The notes under the pieces were generated by a model, which was not told the origin of the DNA, did no database searches, and saw only the letters and a program-made list of their open reading frames with translations. Position numbers and translations under genes: made by a program. This document shows positions 9,278-19,243 of a DNA stretch of 64,000 nt, piece after piece. Source of the stretch: a virus. Every line of letters begins with the position of its first letter. Within the stretch, counting starts at the first letter, position 1. The stretch covers positions 1 to 64,000 of the IMG/VR virus record IMGVR_UViG_3300045256_000282. One strand, 5' to 3'.

Positions 9278-11131
9278 ATGTCAGATAATCAATCTTCAGA
9301 CGAAAAGAATCCAGAAAAGGAAAAGAAGTCTGTCCGTCAAGTGATGGTAGATTTTGATCCTAACGGATCTCAGTCCTTAGAAGACCAGCTCCAGGGCGTT
9401 CTTGAGAAATCTTCAATTCGTGAAGGAGAAGGTCCGTTTTCATCTATGATGAAAAACGTTCCGCTTCTCGCCGGACAAGAGAAAAAGAATAAGGGTGGAG
9501 TAAAGCTTGCTTTTTACGAAGATCCTGTAGAAACATCTGACTACGCCGGACTTTATAAGACAAAGCGAAGACTACTACCTGACAAAGTTATTAAGATGAT
9601 CCGCATCCAGAACCATCTGGTTGCTTCTATCTTGCGTGCCCGTGGAAACACGATGGCTATGCATGGCCATAAGCGCAAGGATCGTTTCGATATCGGTTTT
9701 GAAGTTGATATCAAGCCAGAATTTGAACAGTACATTAAGCCGGAGCAGATGGCAAAGATCCGTGAAAGAATTGAGCGATTAGAAAAGCTCATTCTTAATT
9801 GCGGAAGTAACGAGGGACTAAGCCCAGATGAGCACATGAGCTTGTCAGATTTCCTCGATCAGCAAGCTAGAAACGGTCTTGCCTTTGGAAGATTTGCAAC
9901 TGAGATAATTTACAACGGAGATCACGATAATAAGAAGTTTCATTCGTTTAGGCCAGTTGACGCTGGGACTATCTATAACGTTGTTAGAAACGGCGATTTT
10001 GGAGCCCAGGCTGTCCGAGACGGATCTATCAAGAGACTCCAGGAAGTTACCGGGGACAAGATCGATATCGATTTTAAACAACTTCAAGAAGATAATTACG
10101 CCTACATTCAAAACGTAGACGGTACTCCCGTTCAAGCTTTTACTCCAGAAGAGTTGATTGTCTATAACATGTTTCCTTCAACGGACATCGAGCACGCTGG
10201 ATATCCGGTAACCCCGATCGATACTTGTATTAGCTCTATTACTACGCACTTGTCTATCGATGCTTACAACCGACTATATTTTCAAAATGGAAGAGCCGCA
10301 AAGGGTATCTTGGTCGTAAAGTCTGAAGAGATTGATCAAGGTACTATCCAAAAGATCCGTCAAGATTTCATGGCCTCGATCAATAACGTCAATAACTCGT
10401 TCAGAGCACCTGTCTTTGGTGTGGGACCAGAAGATGACGTCAACTGGTTACCCATGGTTTCAAGTGCTGGAGATGGAGAATTTCAGTTCTTATACGATCA
10501 GGTTGCACGCAACATCCTGTCTACCTTCAACATCTCCCCAGATGAACTTCCTGGGTATGGCCACCTTTCTCGCGGTACCAATCAACAAACTCTTTCGGAA
10601 TCTAGTAACGAGTTTAAGCTTACTGCAGCCAGAGATACCGGGCTTCGTCCCTTGATCTTAAAGTTTCAAGCTTTCTTTAACGAAAAACTACTTCCAATTG
10701 TTGATCCAGAACTAGCTCAGATATGCTACATTCAGCTTTCCGGCTTAGATGCTCAGAGTCGGGAACAGGAGTCTCTCCGTTTACAACAGGATATGCCTCT
10801 TCACATGACCTACGACGAAGTTTTGGGTGATGTTGATAAGCATCCTATTGGCGAAAGGCTTGGAGGCTCTGTACCTTTCAACGAGAGATATCAGCTTATT
10901 GCTGATAAACTACTTAAGGTAGCTGAAGTTCGAGAAGCTTTTATGGAAGATCCTGCGGCGTTGGTAGATCCAACACTTCAGTTCATGAGAGACCCGTTTT
11001 GGTTACAGCATATGCAGATACTTATGCAGGTAAACCCCGTAGCTGTTCAGGCTTATTATGCATCCAGACCATATGCGTATGAGCTGTTACGAATGATGAT
11101 TCAAGATCATATTGATGAGGATGAAACATGA
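9278..11131 (+). CDS. Portal protein
   Basis: FRPVDAGTI, GYPVTPID, YNRLYFQNG..AKGIL, GLRPL portal motifs; position after TerL. Confidence 0.9.
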   Translation: MSDNQSSDEKNPEKEKKSVRQVMVDFDPNGSQSLEDQLQGVLEKSSIREGEGPFSSMMKNVPLLAGQEKKNKGGVKLAFYEDPVETSDYAGLYKTKRRLLPDKVIKMIRIQNHLVASILRARGNTMAMHGHKRKDRFDIGFEVDIKPEFEQYIKPEQMAKIRERIERLEKLILNCGSNEGLSPDEHMSLSDFLDQQARNGLAFGRFATEIIYNGDHDNKKFHSFRPVDAGTIYNVVRNGDFGAQAVRDGSIKRLQEVTGDKIDIDFKQLQEDNYAYIQNVDGTPVQAFTPEELIVYNMFPSTDIEHAGYPVTPIDTCISSITTHLSIDAYNRLYFQNGRAAKGILVVKSEEIDQGTIQKIRQDFMASINNVNNSFRAPVFGVGPEDDVNWLPMVSSAGDGEFQFLYDQVARNILSTFNISPDELPGYGHLSRGTNQQTLSESSNEFKLTAARDTGLRPLILKFQAFFNEKLLPIVDPELAQICYIQLSGLDAQSREQESLRLQQDMPLHMTYDEVLGDVDKHPIGERLGGSVPFNERYQLIADKLLKVAEVREAFMEDPAALVDPTLQFMRDPFWLQHMQILMQVNPVAVQAYYASRPYAYELLRMMIQDHIDEDET

Positions 11132-11709
11132 GAGACTCAGTAGATTATAAAAAGAAATACCTAGATCTTAGGGCTAAGATGGTGTCATCTATGGACGCCG
11201 CTTTCAGGATGGGGTACGAAAAAGGTGCTTCGGAAGCAGCACAACAACAGGCGCAACAACAGGCTCAGCAGATGATGGCTGCTACTCAGGGCGGTATGGT
11301 GCCAGGCCAAGACCAGTCTCAGGCTGCGCCTCAAGAAGATGCTGGCCAACAAGATATGTCTGCCCAGGGTGGTCCACAACCTGAGGAACTTGATCAATAT
11401 ATTAGCGAACTAGAAAACCTTGTTAATAAAGGTGAAATCTCTTCGGATGATCTAAAAAAATCTCTTGATAAGATCAAGAATTTTCAAACTAACGTTCGTC
11501 TTACCAAATCATTAAAAGCGATTAAGTCTCTTCCTATTAAGTTTTCCGCAAAAGCTTCTGCAAATTTGACCGCAAATGATAAGAGCAATCTGTCTATGCA
11601 GGAAAAGATCGTTGAAGACATCATGAAAAAATGGGAATCGGAAACGACAAAAACTACCAGCCAAGCGATGCAAACTTTGGGAGTCGAAGCGCTTACGAAA
11701 GGGGAATAA
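11128..11709 (+). CDS. Hypothetical head-associated protein (Q-rich)
   Basis: 193 aa, coupled to portal; several LxK(S/G) motifs. Confidence 0.7.
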   Translation: MRDSVDYKKKYLDLRAKMVSSMDAAFRMGYEKGASEAAQQQAQQQAQQMMAATQGGMVPGQDQSQAAPQEDAGQQDMSAQGGPQPEELDQYISELENLVNKGEISSDDLKKSLDKIKNFQTNVRLTKSLKAIKSLPIKFSAKASANLTANDKSNLSMQEKIVEDIMKKWESETTKTTSQAMQTLGVEALTKGE

Positions 11710-11712
11710 CCC

Positions 11713-13659
11713 TTGCGCGGCATAAGTAACAACACCAAAGAAGCTTTGGGAAAAATCGTAGAAGAGATGTTTGATCGAGTGGCGGTCGGACTTCTTGGCC
11801 ATATTCCCCCTCTTCGTAACAAGAAGTCCATACTTTTTAGTTACAATCCAAACATGACTCTTGCCCACCTGTTTGTTCAGGCTCTAGGAGGCTCAAGACC
11901 TCTTCCAAAAGAACAAGAGGTTATGAAGAACTTGCTTTCTACTGCCCATGACTACATCGAGTCTCTTAAGAGTAAAACAAAGGCAAATCTTACCGAGTCT
12001 ATTGACTCCTACGTAAAAGAGGCGAGAGCAAAAGGCGAAGCGCCTACCGAAAAAGAAATAAGAGACAGAATTACGAACTCTCTTGTTGTTGCCGGAAAAC
12101 ATCTAAAGACTATCTCTGAAGCAGAATCCACCAAGACTAGGAACATGGGCAAGCTCATGAACATAGCAAGAGCTGGTGCTTCTACAGGAGAATCTGACCC
12201 AAACGTATTTTTTGTTGTGGTTAGAGACCAGCAAACTTGCGAAGAATGCTTAAGACTTCACATGATGCCAGATAAGGTTACTCCGAAAGTCTGGAAGATG
12301 AGCGAGCTTAAGTACTCTTATCACAAGAAGGGTGAGGATCTCCCCAGTGTTGCTGGGTTACATCCTCATTGTTTTACCGGAGACACACTCCTGTACACTT
12401 CCGAGGGCGTATTTGCCTTTGAAGAATTATTTAAAACTCAAAAGAACGTCATGGTCACCGTCGATAAGAGGGTTGTTAACAGAAAATCTCCCTCTAATCA
12501 GTTCGGTAAGGCTATTCCCGGTGAGGTCTGGTTAAACAGACATGAGAGCGGTTCTAAGTTTATGGAAGCCACTACCGTATACGATACTGGGGTTCAAGAA
12601 TGTTATGAGATAGAGCTTGAGAGTGGTCATACCTTAAAAGTTTCTGAAGGCCATGAAATGTGGGTCGATGATGACGGTATGGGCAAAAAGGTAAGAGCCG
12701 TAGACTTAAAAGTGGGCGATAAGATTCCTCTACTGTCTGGGGAGTCGGGTTTTGGAAAAGATAACTTTGAAGACCTCGCCGAGTTGATGGGTAACCTAAT
12801 GGGTGACGGCGTAATGGGTGAAACAGCTCAATGGAATTTTTTTGGCGAAGACATACCCTACGGTGAAAATCTTTTGCAAAAAGCTAAAAACTTCCTATCT
12901 GATTACTCTAAGGAATCGTTTAAGAAGATAAGCGAACATCTTAGGATTTTTCCTCCCAATGAAAAGTACAGTGTTCCTAGGGCTACCTTCAACAGTACTG
13001 TTCTTGCTAATATTTTTAAGGAAGAATTTGGCCTGTCGAAAAAACCAAAGCGTGTTCCTAAGAAACTTTGGACTGCTGACAAGAAGACCGTATCGGCTTT
13101 TTTAAGAGGTCTATATGCAGCAGATGGGCACTCAGAGCTTTCTTCGGTAGTTTTGGCACAAAATGACTTAGAATTCTTAAAAGAAATTCAATTGCTCTTA
13201 GCTAATTACGGAATAGTGTCTAGAATTTTTAACCACGGGTCTGATCAAATAAATAAAACTATAACTTACGCAAACGGCGATAATTTTGATACGGCTAGGA
13301 AGCCTTGCTGGAGACTTGTTATCGGTGGTAATGAGCAATGTGAGCTGTTCTCTGTTGAGATAGGTATGGGTGTTAAGACCAAACAAGACAAGTTATTGTC
13401 TTTCATAGAAAACGGTAAGCAAGAAAACAAGTCTAGATTTTTCTGGCGGACAACTAGGGTTAAGTCTATTAAAGCTATTGGTAAGATTCAAACTTACTGT
13501 CTGACGGAGCCCATGACCAATTCTGTTACGGCGAACGGTATAGTTACTGGAAATTGCCGCTGTACCCTCACTCTGCTAACTCCTGGTTTTGGGTTCAAGA
13601 ACGGTATGGTGTCCTACATATCTCCAGACCATAACGAATACGAAAAGCAGAAAGAATGA
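11713..13659 (+). CDS. Head morphogenesis protein (Mu gpF/SPP1 gp7-like) interrupted by an intein
   Basis: TCEEC and LHPH|CRC motif restored after removing the intein; TTG start. Confidence 0.85.
   Translation: MRGISNNTKEALGKIVEEMFDRVAVGLLGHIPPLRNKKSILFSYNPNMTLAHLFVQALGGSRPLPKEQEVMKNLLSTAHDYIESLKSKTKANLTESIDSYVKEARAKGEAPTEKEIRDRITNSLVVAGKHLKTISEAESTKTRNMGKLMNIARAGASTGESDPNVFFVVVRDQQTCEECLRLHMMPDKVTPKVWKMSELKYSYHKKGEDLPSVAGLHPHCFTGDTLLYTSEGVFAFEELFKTQKNVMVTVDKRVVNRKSPSNQFGKAIPGEVWLNRHESGSKFMEATTVYDTGVQECYEIELESGHTLKVSEGHEMWVDDDGMGKKVRAVDLKVGDKIPLLSGESGFGKDNFEDLAELMGNLMGDGVMGETAQWNFFGEDIPYGENLLQKAKNFLSDYSKESFKKISEHLRIFPPNEKYSVPRATFNSTVLANIFKEEFGLSKKPKRVPKKLWTADKKTVSAFLRGLYAADGHSELSSVVLAQNDLEFLKEIQLLLANYGIVSRIFNHGSDQINKTITYANGDNFDTARKPCWRLVIGGNEQCELFSVEIGMGVKTKQDKLLSFIENGKQENKSRFFWRTTRVKSIKAIGKIQTYCLTEPMTNSVTANGIVTGNCRCTLTLLTPGFGFKNGMVSYISPDHNEYEKQKE
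12370..13554 (+). mobile_element. Intein (395 aa) with LAGLIDADG homing endonuclease
   Basis: Block A CFTGDT; block B LKVSEGHEMWV; LAGLIDADG helices LMGNLMGDG and FLRGLYAADG; ends VTANGIVTGN followed by Cys +1. Confidence 0.92.
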
Positions 13660-13660
13660 T

Positions 13661-14281
13661 ATGTTAAAAATCTTAATTCAGATACTCCAAATGTTTTTTG
13701 GTGGAAATCAAGAACAGGAAGTCCAAGCTGCTCAGCCGCAGCCAAAACAGCCTACTCCCCCACAACCTGATCCTTCTGAAAAAAAAGAAAAGCCTCAAGG
13801 TATAGATTGGACTGATCCAAATGCGGAAATTTCTCGGTACTTTACTGTAAAAAACGCTATCTGGTTACCGCAATGGAACAGACTGGCAAATCCAGAGCAG
13901 GATAGCCTAACACAAGACTCTAAAGATGCTCTCGTAAAACTTTTTACAGAAGTTATGGACCCAGTTAGAGAACTGATTGGTAAGCCTATCAAGGTTCACG
14001 TAGCTTTTAGATCCCCAGAATACAACGTATTGATCGGCGGTGCTCGTATGTCAATTCATATGGCTAGAAAGTACGAGGACGGAAGTCTTGTGGCCGCATG
14101 TGATTGGTCTGCAGACATGGGTAAGGGGTCTCCTGGGGCAAACTGCGACGAGCTTAAGAGTATCTTAACGCCTAAGCTTGAAGAGCTGGGTGTTCGTATG
14201 GAGAATAATGGCCAGGGAGCTACTTGGATTCATCTAGATAACAGGAAGCCTGGGCCTGGCGGACGATTCTTTAAGCCTTAG
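13661..14281 (+). CDS. Endolysin, peptidase M15 (LAS) family
   Basis: FRSPEYN..IGGARMSIH, AACD, WIHLD; hydrophobic N-terminus plus P/Q linker; probable ATG at 13661. Confidence 0.85.
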   Translation: MLKILIQILQMFFGGNQEQEVQAAQPQPKQPTPPQPDPSEKKEKPQGIDWTDPNAEISRYFTVKNAIWLPQWNRLANPEQDSLTQDSKDALVKLFTEVMDPVRELIGKPIKVHVAFRSPEYNVLIGGARMSIHMARKYEDGSLVAACDWSADMGKGSPGANCDELKSILTPKLEELGVRMENNGQGATWIHLDNRKPGPGGRFFKP

Positions 14282-16230
14282 CTGCATTTCCAGCGCTTAA
14301 GTGCCGCGCCTTTAGGGGTTAATTTTCCGTCTTTTGAAGTTGGACCTTTAACCCCAGACATGCGTGCGCAGAAAGACTTGCGTCTCCCAGCAGCCTCAGA
14401 TCCTGGCTTAGCTTTTCCTGTAACCGGACGCTTAAGATGAGAACCATTTTCCCTGTTATACTTCTCGCGATACTTATCGTTCAAGCCGCCCTCTTTTGAG
14501 TGCTTCTTAGGGTTATAGTCTTCAAACGGCTTATCTTTCTTCTCAACTTCTTCAGACTTTTTGGCAGGCTTGCAGCTACCCTTAGAATAGTCTGCCTTAC
14601 CGGGGACTTTCTCGTAGCCTTCCCAACAAGGACCCTTGGCTTTTTTCATCTTAGAGTCTTGTGCAAGCTCTTCCTTGCTTATCTTTTCAGGCAGATTCTT
14701 ACCTTTTGTTGCACTGTCCCATTCCTTGACAGCTTTTTCTCCACCTAGGGCTTTTTTGCCTGCTGGGGTATGAGCCCAACGACGTTGTGCTTCTGACCTA
14801 TAAGGTTTTTGAAGCTCTTCTTTTTCAGATCCTTCATGGGTGGGTTCACACTCAGAAGCTGTTAAAGCTTTAAGAGCCTCTTCAGCCTTCTTAGTTTTCT
14901 TCCAGGCCATCATCTTTGCCAATGCAACTGTTTCGGACTTAGTAAGGTCTGGCCTTTTGTGTTGTATAAACTTAACAAGCTCTTCTGCTTTAGGCCAGGT
15001 AGAAAAAGCTTCTTCGATAGACTTCTTCATCTTCCTAACAAGATCTTCCCTGGTAAGAGCTGCCGTACCAGTAAGAGCGCCGGGTGCTGCGCCTAGGTTC
15101 TTTTTGACGCTTTTCATCTTTAGGTTTTCCTTGTCGATGAAACTGCCAATTTCTTTAGGGTGCTTAGCAAACAGGGTCTCAGTTTTGCCGGATTCCTTGT
15201 GTACTAGGTGGTATGCCTTGTGGTCTGAAGGAGTTTTGGGATGCTTAGTCTCTGTAAAATTCCAACCAGCATGATGCCAGATCTCTTTTGCCTTCTTAAG
15301 AGAAGGCTTAACTTCTTGAGAACTTTTGAGTTTTCCTCCGGTTGCAGCTCCAGATGGTATATTGTGCATCTGCTTAGGTGCAACCGTACCCTGTGAAACT
15401 GCTTGGGTATATGCTTTTGCATGCCCAAGAGCTTCCTTGGCGCTTCCAAACGAACCCTTGACGCCTTTTAGTCCAGCCAAGCTTCCTGCGTGTTTGACAT
15501 GAAACTGGCCGCCTTGCTGATGAACCGTAACGATGCCATGCTCAGGGTGAGTAAAAGAAACAACGTGACCTGCGCCCTTGGTGTTGCTTATACTTGGTTT
15601 CCAGGTTTTCTCCATCATTTCGGGTTCGTATTTTTCTAAAACCTTAATTTCTTGAGATTCTTCTGATTTGAACATACCGCTTAGGGGGTTTGAGTTTTTT
15701 TGAACCGGCTCGGAAGGCTGCTGTAGCATTTCCTCGGCTACGGCTGCCTTATTGCATGGGGTAACTGTGACGGTTACCTTTCTAGCGATAGACTTTACGA
15801 TGTCGTTCCCTTGTTTTTCTAGCTTGGCACCTTCTACAGAAAAATTGATAGTATTCTTCTTAGAGGTACCTTCTGATCTAGACATAGAATCATACTTAAG
15901 CATTGCTGCAATTTCTTGAGCTTGCTGGTGGCCAACGCCGTCAAAAAGCTCGCCAACTATGTAAACGAATGGGGCCTTGCCTTTGTTCCAAAAGTGGAGC
16001 TGGTTCTGATCTTCGCAATCTTCTTCAGAGAAAATCTTCTTTGCTTTCAATATCTTGCCTACAATATGGGAGGCGTTTTCATTCTTATGCTCCCAATTAA
16101 GGACTCCCTCACCGCGCTCTAAAGACGAGATGTCCATTCCCTTTACTATGATGCGCTCTCCAGAGCTGTCCATGTGCTCTGAGGCTGCTACTCCGTGAAT
16201 GAAGGTTCCGCGCTGAGATGGTTTGTTCAT
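14278..16230 (-). CDS. Prohead protease with long C-terminal multi-module extension
   Basis: GVAASEHMDSSGE, LNWEH, FSVEG, TVTPCN in the first ~165 aa, then ~480 aa of basic modules. Confidence 0.8.
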   Translation of the reverse strand: MNKPSQRGTFIHGVAASEHMDSSGERIIVKGMDISSLERGEGVLNWEHKNENASHIVGKILKAKKIFSEEDCEDQNQLHFWNKGKAPFVYIVGELFDGVGHQQAQEIAAMLKYDSMSRSEGTSKKNTINFSVEGAKLEKQGNDIVKSIARKVTVTVTPCNKAAVAEEMLQQPSEPVQKNSNPLSGMFKSEESQEIKVLEKYEPEMMEKTWKPSISNTKGAGHVVSFTHPEHGIVTVHQQGGQFHVKHAGSLAGLKGVKGSFGSAKEALGHAKAYTQAVSQGTVAPKQMHNIPSGAATGGKLKSSQEVKPSLKKAKEIWHHAGWNFTETKHPKTPSDHKAYHLVHKESGKTETLFAKHPKEIGSFIDKENLKMKSVKKNLGAAPGALTGTAALTREDLVRKMKKSIEEAFSTWPKAEELVKFIQHKRPDLTKSETVALAKMMAWKKTKKAEEALKALTASECEPTHEGSEKEELQKPYRSEAQRRWAHTPAGKKALGGEKAVKEWDSATKGKNLPEKISKEELAQDSKMKKAKGPCWEGYEKVPGKADYSKGSCKPAKKSEEVEKKDKPFEDYNPKKHSKEGGLNDKYREKYNRENGSHLKRPVTGKAKPGSEAAGRRKSFCARMSGVKGPTSKDGKLTPKGAALKRWKCS

Positions 16231-16250
16231 ATTTTTCCAATCCTACAATA

Positions 16251-16258
16251 TCAAGATT
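16251..16258 (-). promoter_or_regulatory. Putative late promoter AATCTTnA for the protease gene
   Basis: AATCTTGA on the minus strand ~20 nt upstream of ATG 16230. Confidence 0.55.
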
Positions 16259-16450
16259 GTTGTCCTTGAAATTTTAATTCGTAAGATTGTTGTTCAAAAG
16301 ATCTGAGACCAAAAATGGCTTGTAAGTACTTGAAATTGTAGTAAATTTTCTATAATAAGATACTTTAACATATAAGTCAAGAGATTCCGCTACTTACTTG
16401 TTAAATAGCTGACCCTCTTAGTCAACTAACCAATCAGAAGGAGCTAAAAA

Positions 16451-16909
16451 ATGGCAATCAAGAATCTTGCTAAAGCCGAAGCCCTGATTCGTGAACTCAA
16501 AGAGCGTCTGGAAATTCGAACCGCAGGTTCGGGTTCTGGTCGTGTTAATACGGTTCGTGAAGCACGGGACACTGAAGGTTATCCTGCATTGTTTCTTTCG
16601 CGTGGAGCGAATGAAGCTGCTGGTCAACCTGTACTCGCAATTCGCATTAAGCAAATTGACGCTGTTTCGAAAGATGTTTTCGGAAACGGCCTCAACGCTT
16701 ATGCACCACACGTTTGTGAATTTGCTTATGAAACTGGGCAAGTAGACAAGAAAGACATCGAAACTGCGATGTTCGAACTTGTTCGCAATGGCGTTAAGAT
16801 CCAAGTTAAAGAAATCGCTGCATCAACGGCTGTTACTTTCTCTTCAATCGACGCTGCCACACCCGCTTTGGAACTCGACGATCTTCGTTGGCCCACCAAG
16901 GGCGTTTAA
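16451..16909 (+). CDS. Hypothetical virion protein
   Basis: 152 aa, SD AAGGAG, first gene of the scaffold-MCP operon. Confidence 0.75.
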   Translation: MAIKNLAKAEALIRELKERLEIRTAGSGSGRVNTVREARDTEGYPALFLSRGANEAAGQPVLAIRIKQIDAVSKDVFGNGLNAYAPHVCEFAYETGQVDKKDIETAMFELVRNGVKIQVKEIAASTAVTFSSIDAATPALELDDLRWPTKGV

Positions 16910-16934
16910 TTAAATGCCTAAGGAGGGTTTACCT

Positions 16935-17732
16935 ATGAAACTGACTCAAGCTGATTTTGAAAAATTAGTGTCCGATGTTGAAAAAGAGTTCGATCTCTTT
17001 TTGGCTAAGACTGAGTCTGAGGCTAAACCCGAAGTAACTTTGGCTAAATCTGAAGACAAGTCTGAAGGCGAAAAGAAGGATGAAAAATCCGAAGAAAAGC
17101 ACGAAGACAAAAAAGAAGACGAAGCTAAGGAAGCATCGGCAGAAGCCGACGACAAGAAAGAAGATAAGAAAGAAGACAAGAAAGAAGACGAAGAACATCA
17201 CGATTACGACGAAAACGATATGGCTGAAATGCACAAGATGTACGGTGCCATGTCTAAAGCTGAGTTGAATCTTCATAAGGGCGCTATGGAAAAGTGCTGG
17301 ATGGAGAAATGTGGAGATATGTCTGTGATGAAATCTGAAGAGAAAGCTGTTGAACAGCCTCTCGCAAAGTCTGAAGATGCTGAATCTATCAAGAAATCTG
17401 AGCTAGAAGCTAAGGTTAAAGAACTTGATGGAGTTAAGGAAGAGAACGAAAAACTCAAGAAAAACCTTGAGGAAGTCGTTTCGGCCATGAATGGCTATTT
17501 CACTAAGAAGGGTCCTACGCGTAAGGCTGTAACCTCAATCGAGTACGTTAAAAAGTCCGAGATTGAAGATAAAAAGCCTGAAGCTAAAGATCTGAAAAAG
17601 TCTGAAATCACAGCAATCTTGTCAAGAAAAGCAGCGGACCCTACGTTGTCCAAAGCTGATCGTGAAGCAATCAACAAATACTACCTCAAGAACGCAGGGA
17701 TTGAAGTAGTTAAGCACCTGTTAACGCAGTAA
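16935..17732 (+). CDS. Probable head scaffolding protein
   Basis: K/E-rich coiled coil directly upstream of MCP; repeated xxKSE motifs; ATG at 16935 after AGGAGG. Confidence 0.7.
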   Translation: MKLTQADFEKLVSDVEKEFDLFLAKTESEAKPEVTLAKSEDKSEGEKKDEKSEEKHEDKKEDEAKEASAEADDKKEDKKEDKKEDEEHHDYDENDMAEMHKMYGAMSKAELNLHKGAMEKCWMEKCGDMSVMKSEEKAVEQPLAKSEDAESIKKSELEAKVKELDGVKEENEKLKKNLEEVVSAMNGYFTKKGPTRKAVTSIEYVKKSEIEDKKPEAKDLKKSEITAILSRKAADPTLSKADREAINKYYLKNAGIEVVKHLLTQ

Positions 17733-17744
17733 GGAGCAAATACA

Positions 17745-19127
17745 ATGGAACAACTGCAAGCACTCATTAAGGCGCTGGAAGCGGGTAGCTACAATGCTGC
17801 TCCTGGATCTCTGGTTCAGGGCTCAGCATTGCAGCACGAAGATCTCTCTCCAGTCATGCAAAACGTCACTTTTGGTGACGAGCACATCAAGTTGCAGAAG
17901 GCGTTGAAAATCGAAGACGCTAAATCTCAACTTGTTCAATTTAACCGTCAGCTTAGCTACGGTACCTTCGGCGGAAGCGCCCAGTATGAAGGTGGTATTG
18001 GTGAAGAAGACACCAGTGACTACATTCGTGCGGTGGTACCAATGGCCTACTACAGCACGACTCGTCGTGTCACAGTGGCTGCTAACATGATCGGTGCTTT
18101 CGACGGCGTAAAAGCTGAAGATCGCGCATCGGAAGATGCTGCTAAGAAAATCGTTGGCGATATCGAGTTGGACATCCTTAAAGGTATGTCTGATTTCTCT
18201 AACGCTGGTGTTTTCGACGGTAACCCAGGCGCAATTGCTGCCCTCCCGAACATGTTCGGTTTGGATCAGCAAGTTCGCCAATCTGACGCTCAAGCTTCTA
18301 CTCAGGATCTCATGTTCGCTGAGTACGGCTCTGACCAATCGGTCGTTCTTTCGGCTGACGGATCGCTCACGCAATCCATCATCGAAGATTCGGCTGTCCG
18401 TTCAGCAATGAACATGGGTCATGCCGATAAGTTCATGCTTGATCCGATCTCGTTGTCCGCATACAACAAGATCTCTCACGCTAAGGAACGCATCGTTCTC
18501 GCTGGCTCTCCTCAAGAAGCTAGCGGCGCTGCTCTCCGCCAACAGTGGACCAGTTCGGGCGCTGTCAGTCTTGAAGCTTCGCGCTTCATCTCTGGCAAAA
18601 CGCGTCCTGCTAAGGCCCGCGCTGGAAGCCCAGCAGCTCCTGCTGCTCCTTCTGACGCTGCAGTCTTGGCTGCTGGATCGCTGCTCGAAGCTGGTAGCTA
18701 CGTTTATTACGTAACTGCTGCTAACGAGCGTGGTGAATCACTTCGTTCTCCTTCGATTTCTAGCGCTGTAGCTTCGGCTGGCGATGCTGTTGATCTCACG
18801 ATCACGGCTGTTGCTAACGCCAAATACTACAACGTGTATCGTTCGGACGTTGGTGGTTCGGCTGCCGATGCTAAGTTCATCGGTCGCGTGAAGCAAGCCC
18901 TTGGAAACCCTGTGTTCCGTGACCTCGGCAATCGTAGCCCTGGCTCGGTCACTGGCTACCTCCTCCAGATGGACACTTGGTCACTTCATCAGTTGGCTCC
19001 TTACAGCAAGCTCAAACTTGCTGTTAGCGATCTCAGCTTGCCTGAAGCGCACTTCCGTTTCCTCTGCTTGGCTGGTCTCCAACCTCGCAAAAACGTCTTG
19101 ATCGACAATATTGACGGTCAGCTTTAA
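17745..19127 (+). CDS. Major capsid protein (Herelleviridae/SPO1-Twort-like)
   Basis: GSALQHEDL..MQNVTF resembles the Twort/K-like MCP N-terminal motif; internal Ig/Fn3-like insertion; followed by a terminator. Confidence 0.88.
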   Translation: MEQLQALIKALEAGSYNAAPGSLVQGSALQHEDLSPVMQNVTFGDEHIKLQKALKIEDAKSQLVQFNRQLSYGTFGGSAQYEGGIGEEDTSDYIRAVVPMAYYSTTRRVTVAANMIGAFDGVKAEDRASEDAAKKIVGDIELDILKGMSDFSNAGVFDGNPGAIAALPNMFGLDQQVRQSDAQASTQDLMFAEYGSDQSVVLSADGSLTQSIIEDSAVRSAMNMGHADKFMLDPISLSAYNKISHAKERIVLAGSPQEASGAALRQQWTSSGAVSLEASRFISGKTRPAKARAGSPAAPAAPSDAAVLAAGSLLEAGSYVYYVTAANERGESLRSPSISSAVASAGDAVDLTITAVANAKYYNVYRSDVGGSAADAKFIGRVKQALGNPVFRDLGNRSPGSVTGYLLQMDTWSLHQLAPYSKLKLAVSDLSLPEAHFRFLCLAGLQPRKNVLIDNIDGQL

Positions 19128-19151
19128 TTAGTTGATTTAGTTAAGAAATTT

Positions 19152-19186
19152 GGCCTCGGTTGTCTCTGACAACCGGGGCCTTTTTT
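19152..19186 (+). terminator. Rho-independent terminator after MCP
   Basis: GGCCTCGGTTGTC-TCT-GACAACCGGGGCC plus T6. Confidence 0.9.
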
Positions 19187-19243
19187 ATGCAAAATTGATT
19201 ATTTTGGCTTTAGATCAACCTTGACAGGTATGATATACTTAAT

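Noticed and set aside
17050-17200. GAAGAC/AAG-rich repeats resembling a tandem array
   Set aside because: Low-complexity K/E/D coding sequence in the scaffold; no constant repeat-spacer structure.
17823-18374. Long antisense ORFs in the track (e.g. 17823..18374, 25169..25690, 36268..36747)
   Set aside because: Shadow frames of strongly biased sense genes; no SD or recognisable motifs.
18610-18930. Ig/Fn3-like insertion in the major capsid protein as a novel fusion
   Set aside because: An equivalent insertion domain is a normal part of Herelleviridae-type capsid proteins.
19221-19239. TTGACA as the -35 of the endonuclease promoter
   Set aside because: Only 7 nt from TATACT; an extended -10 explains the site better.
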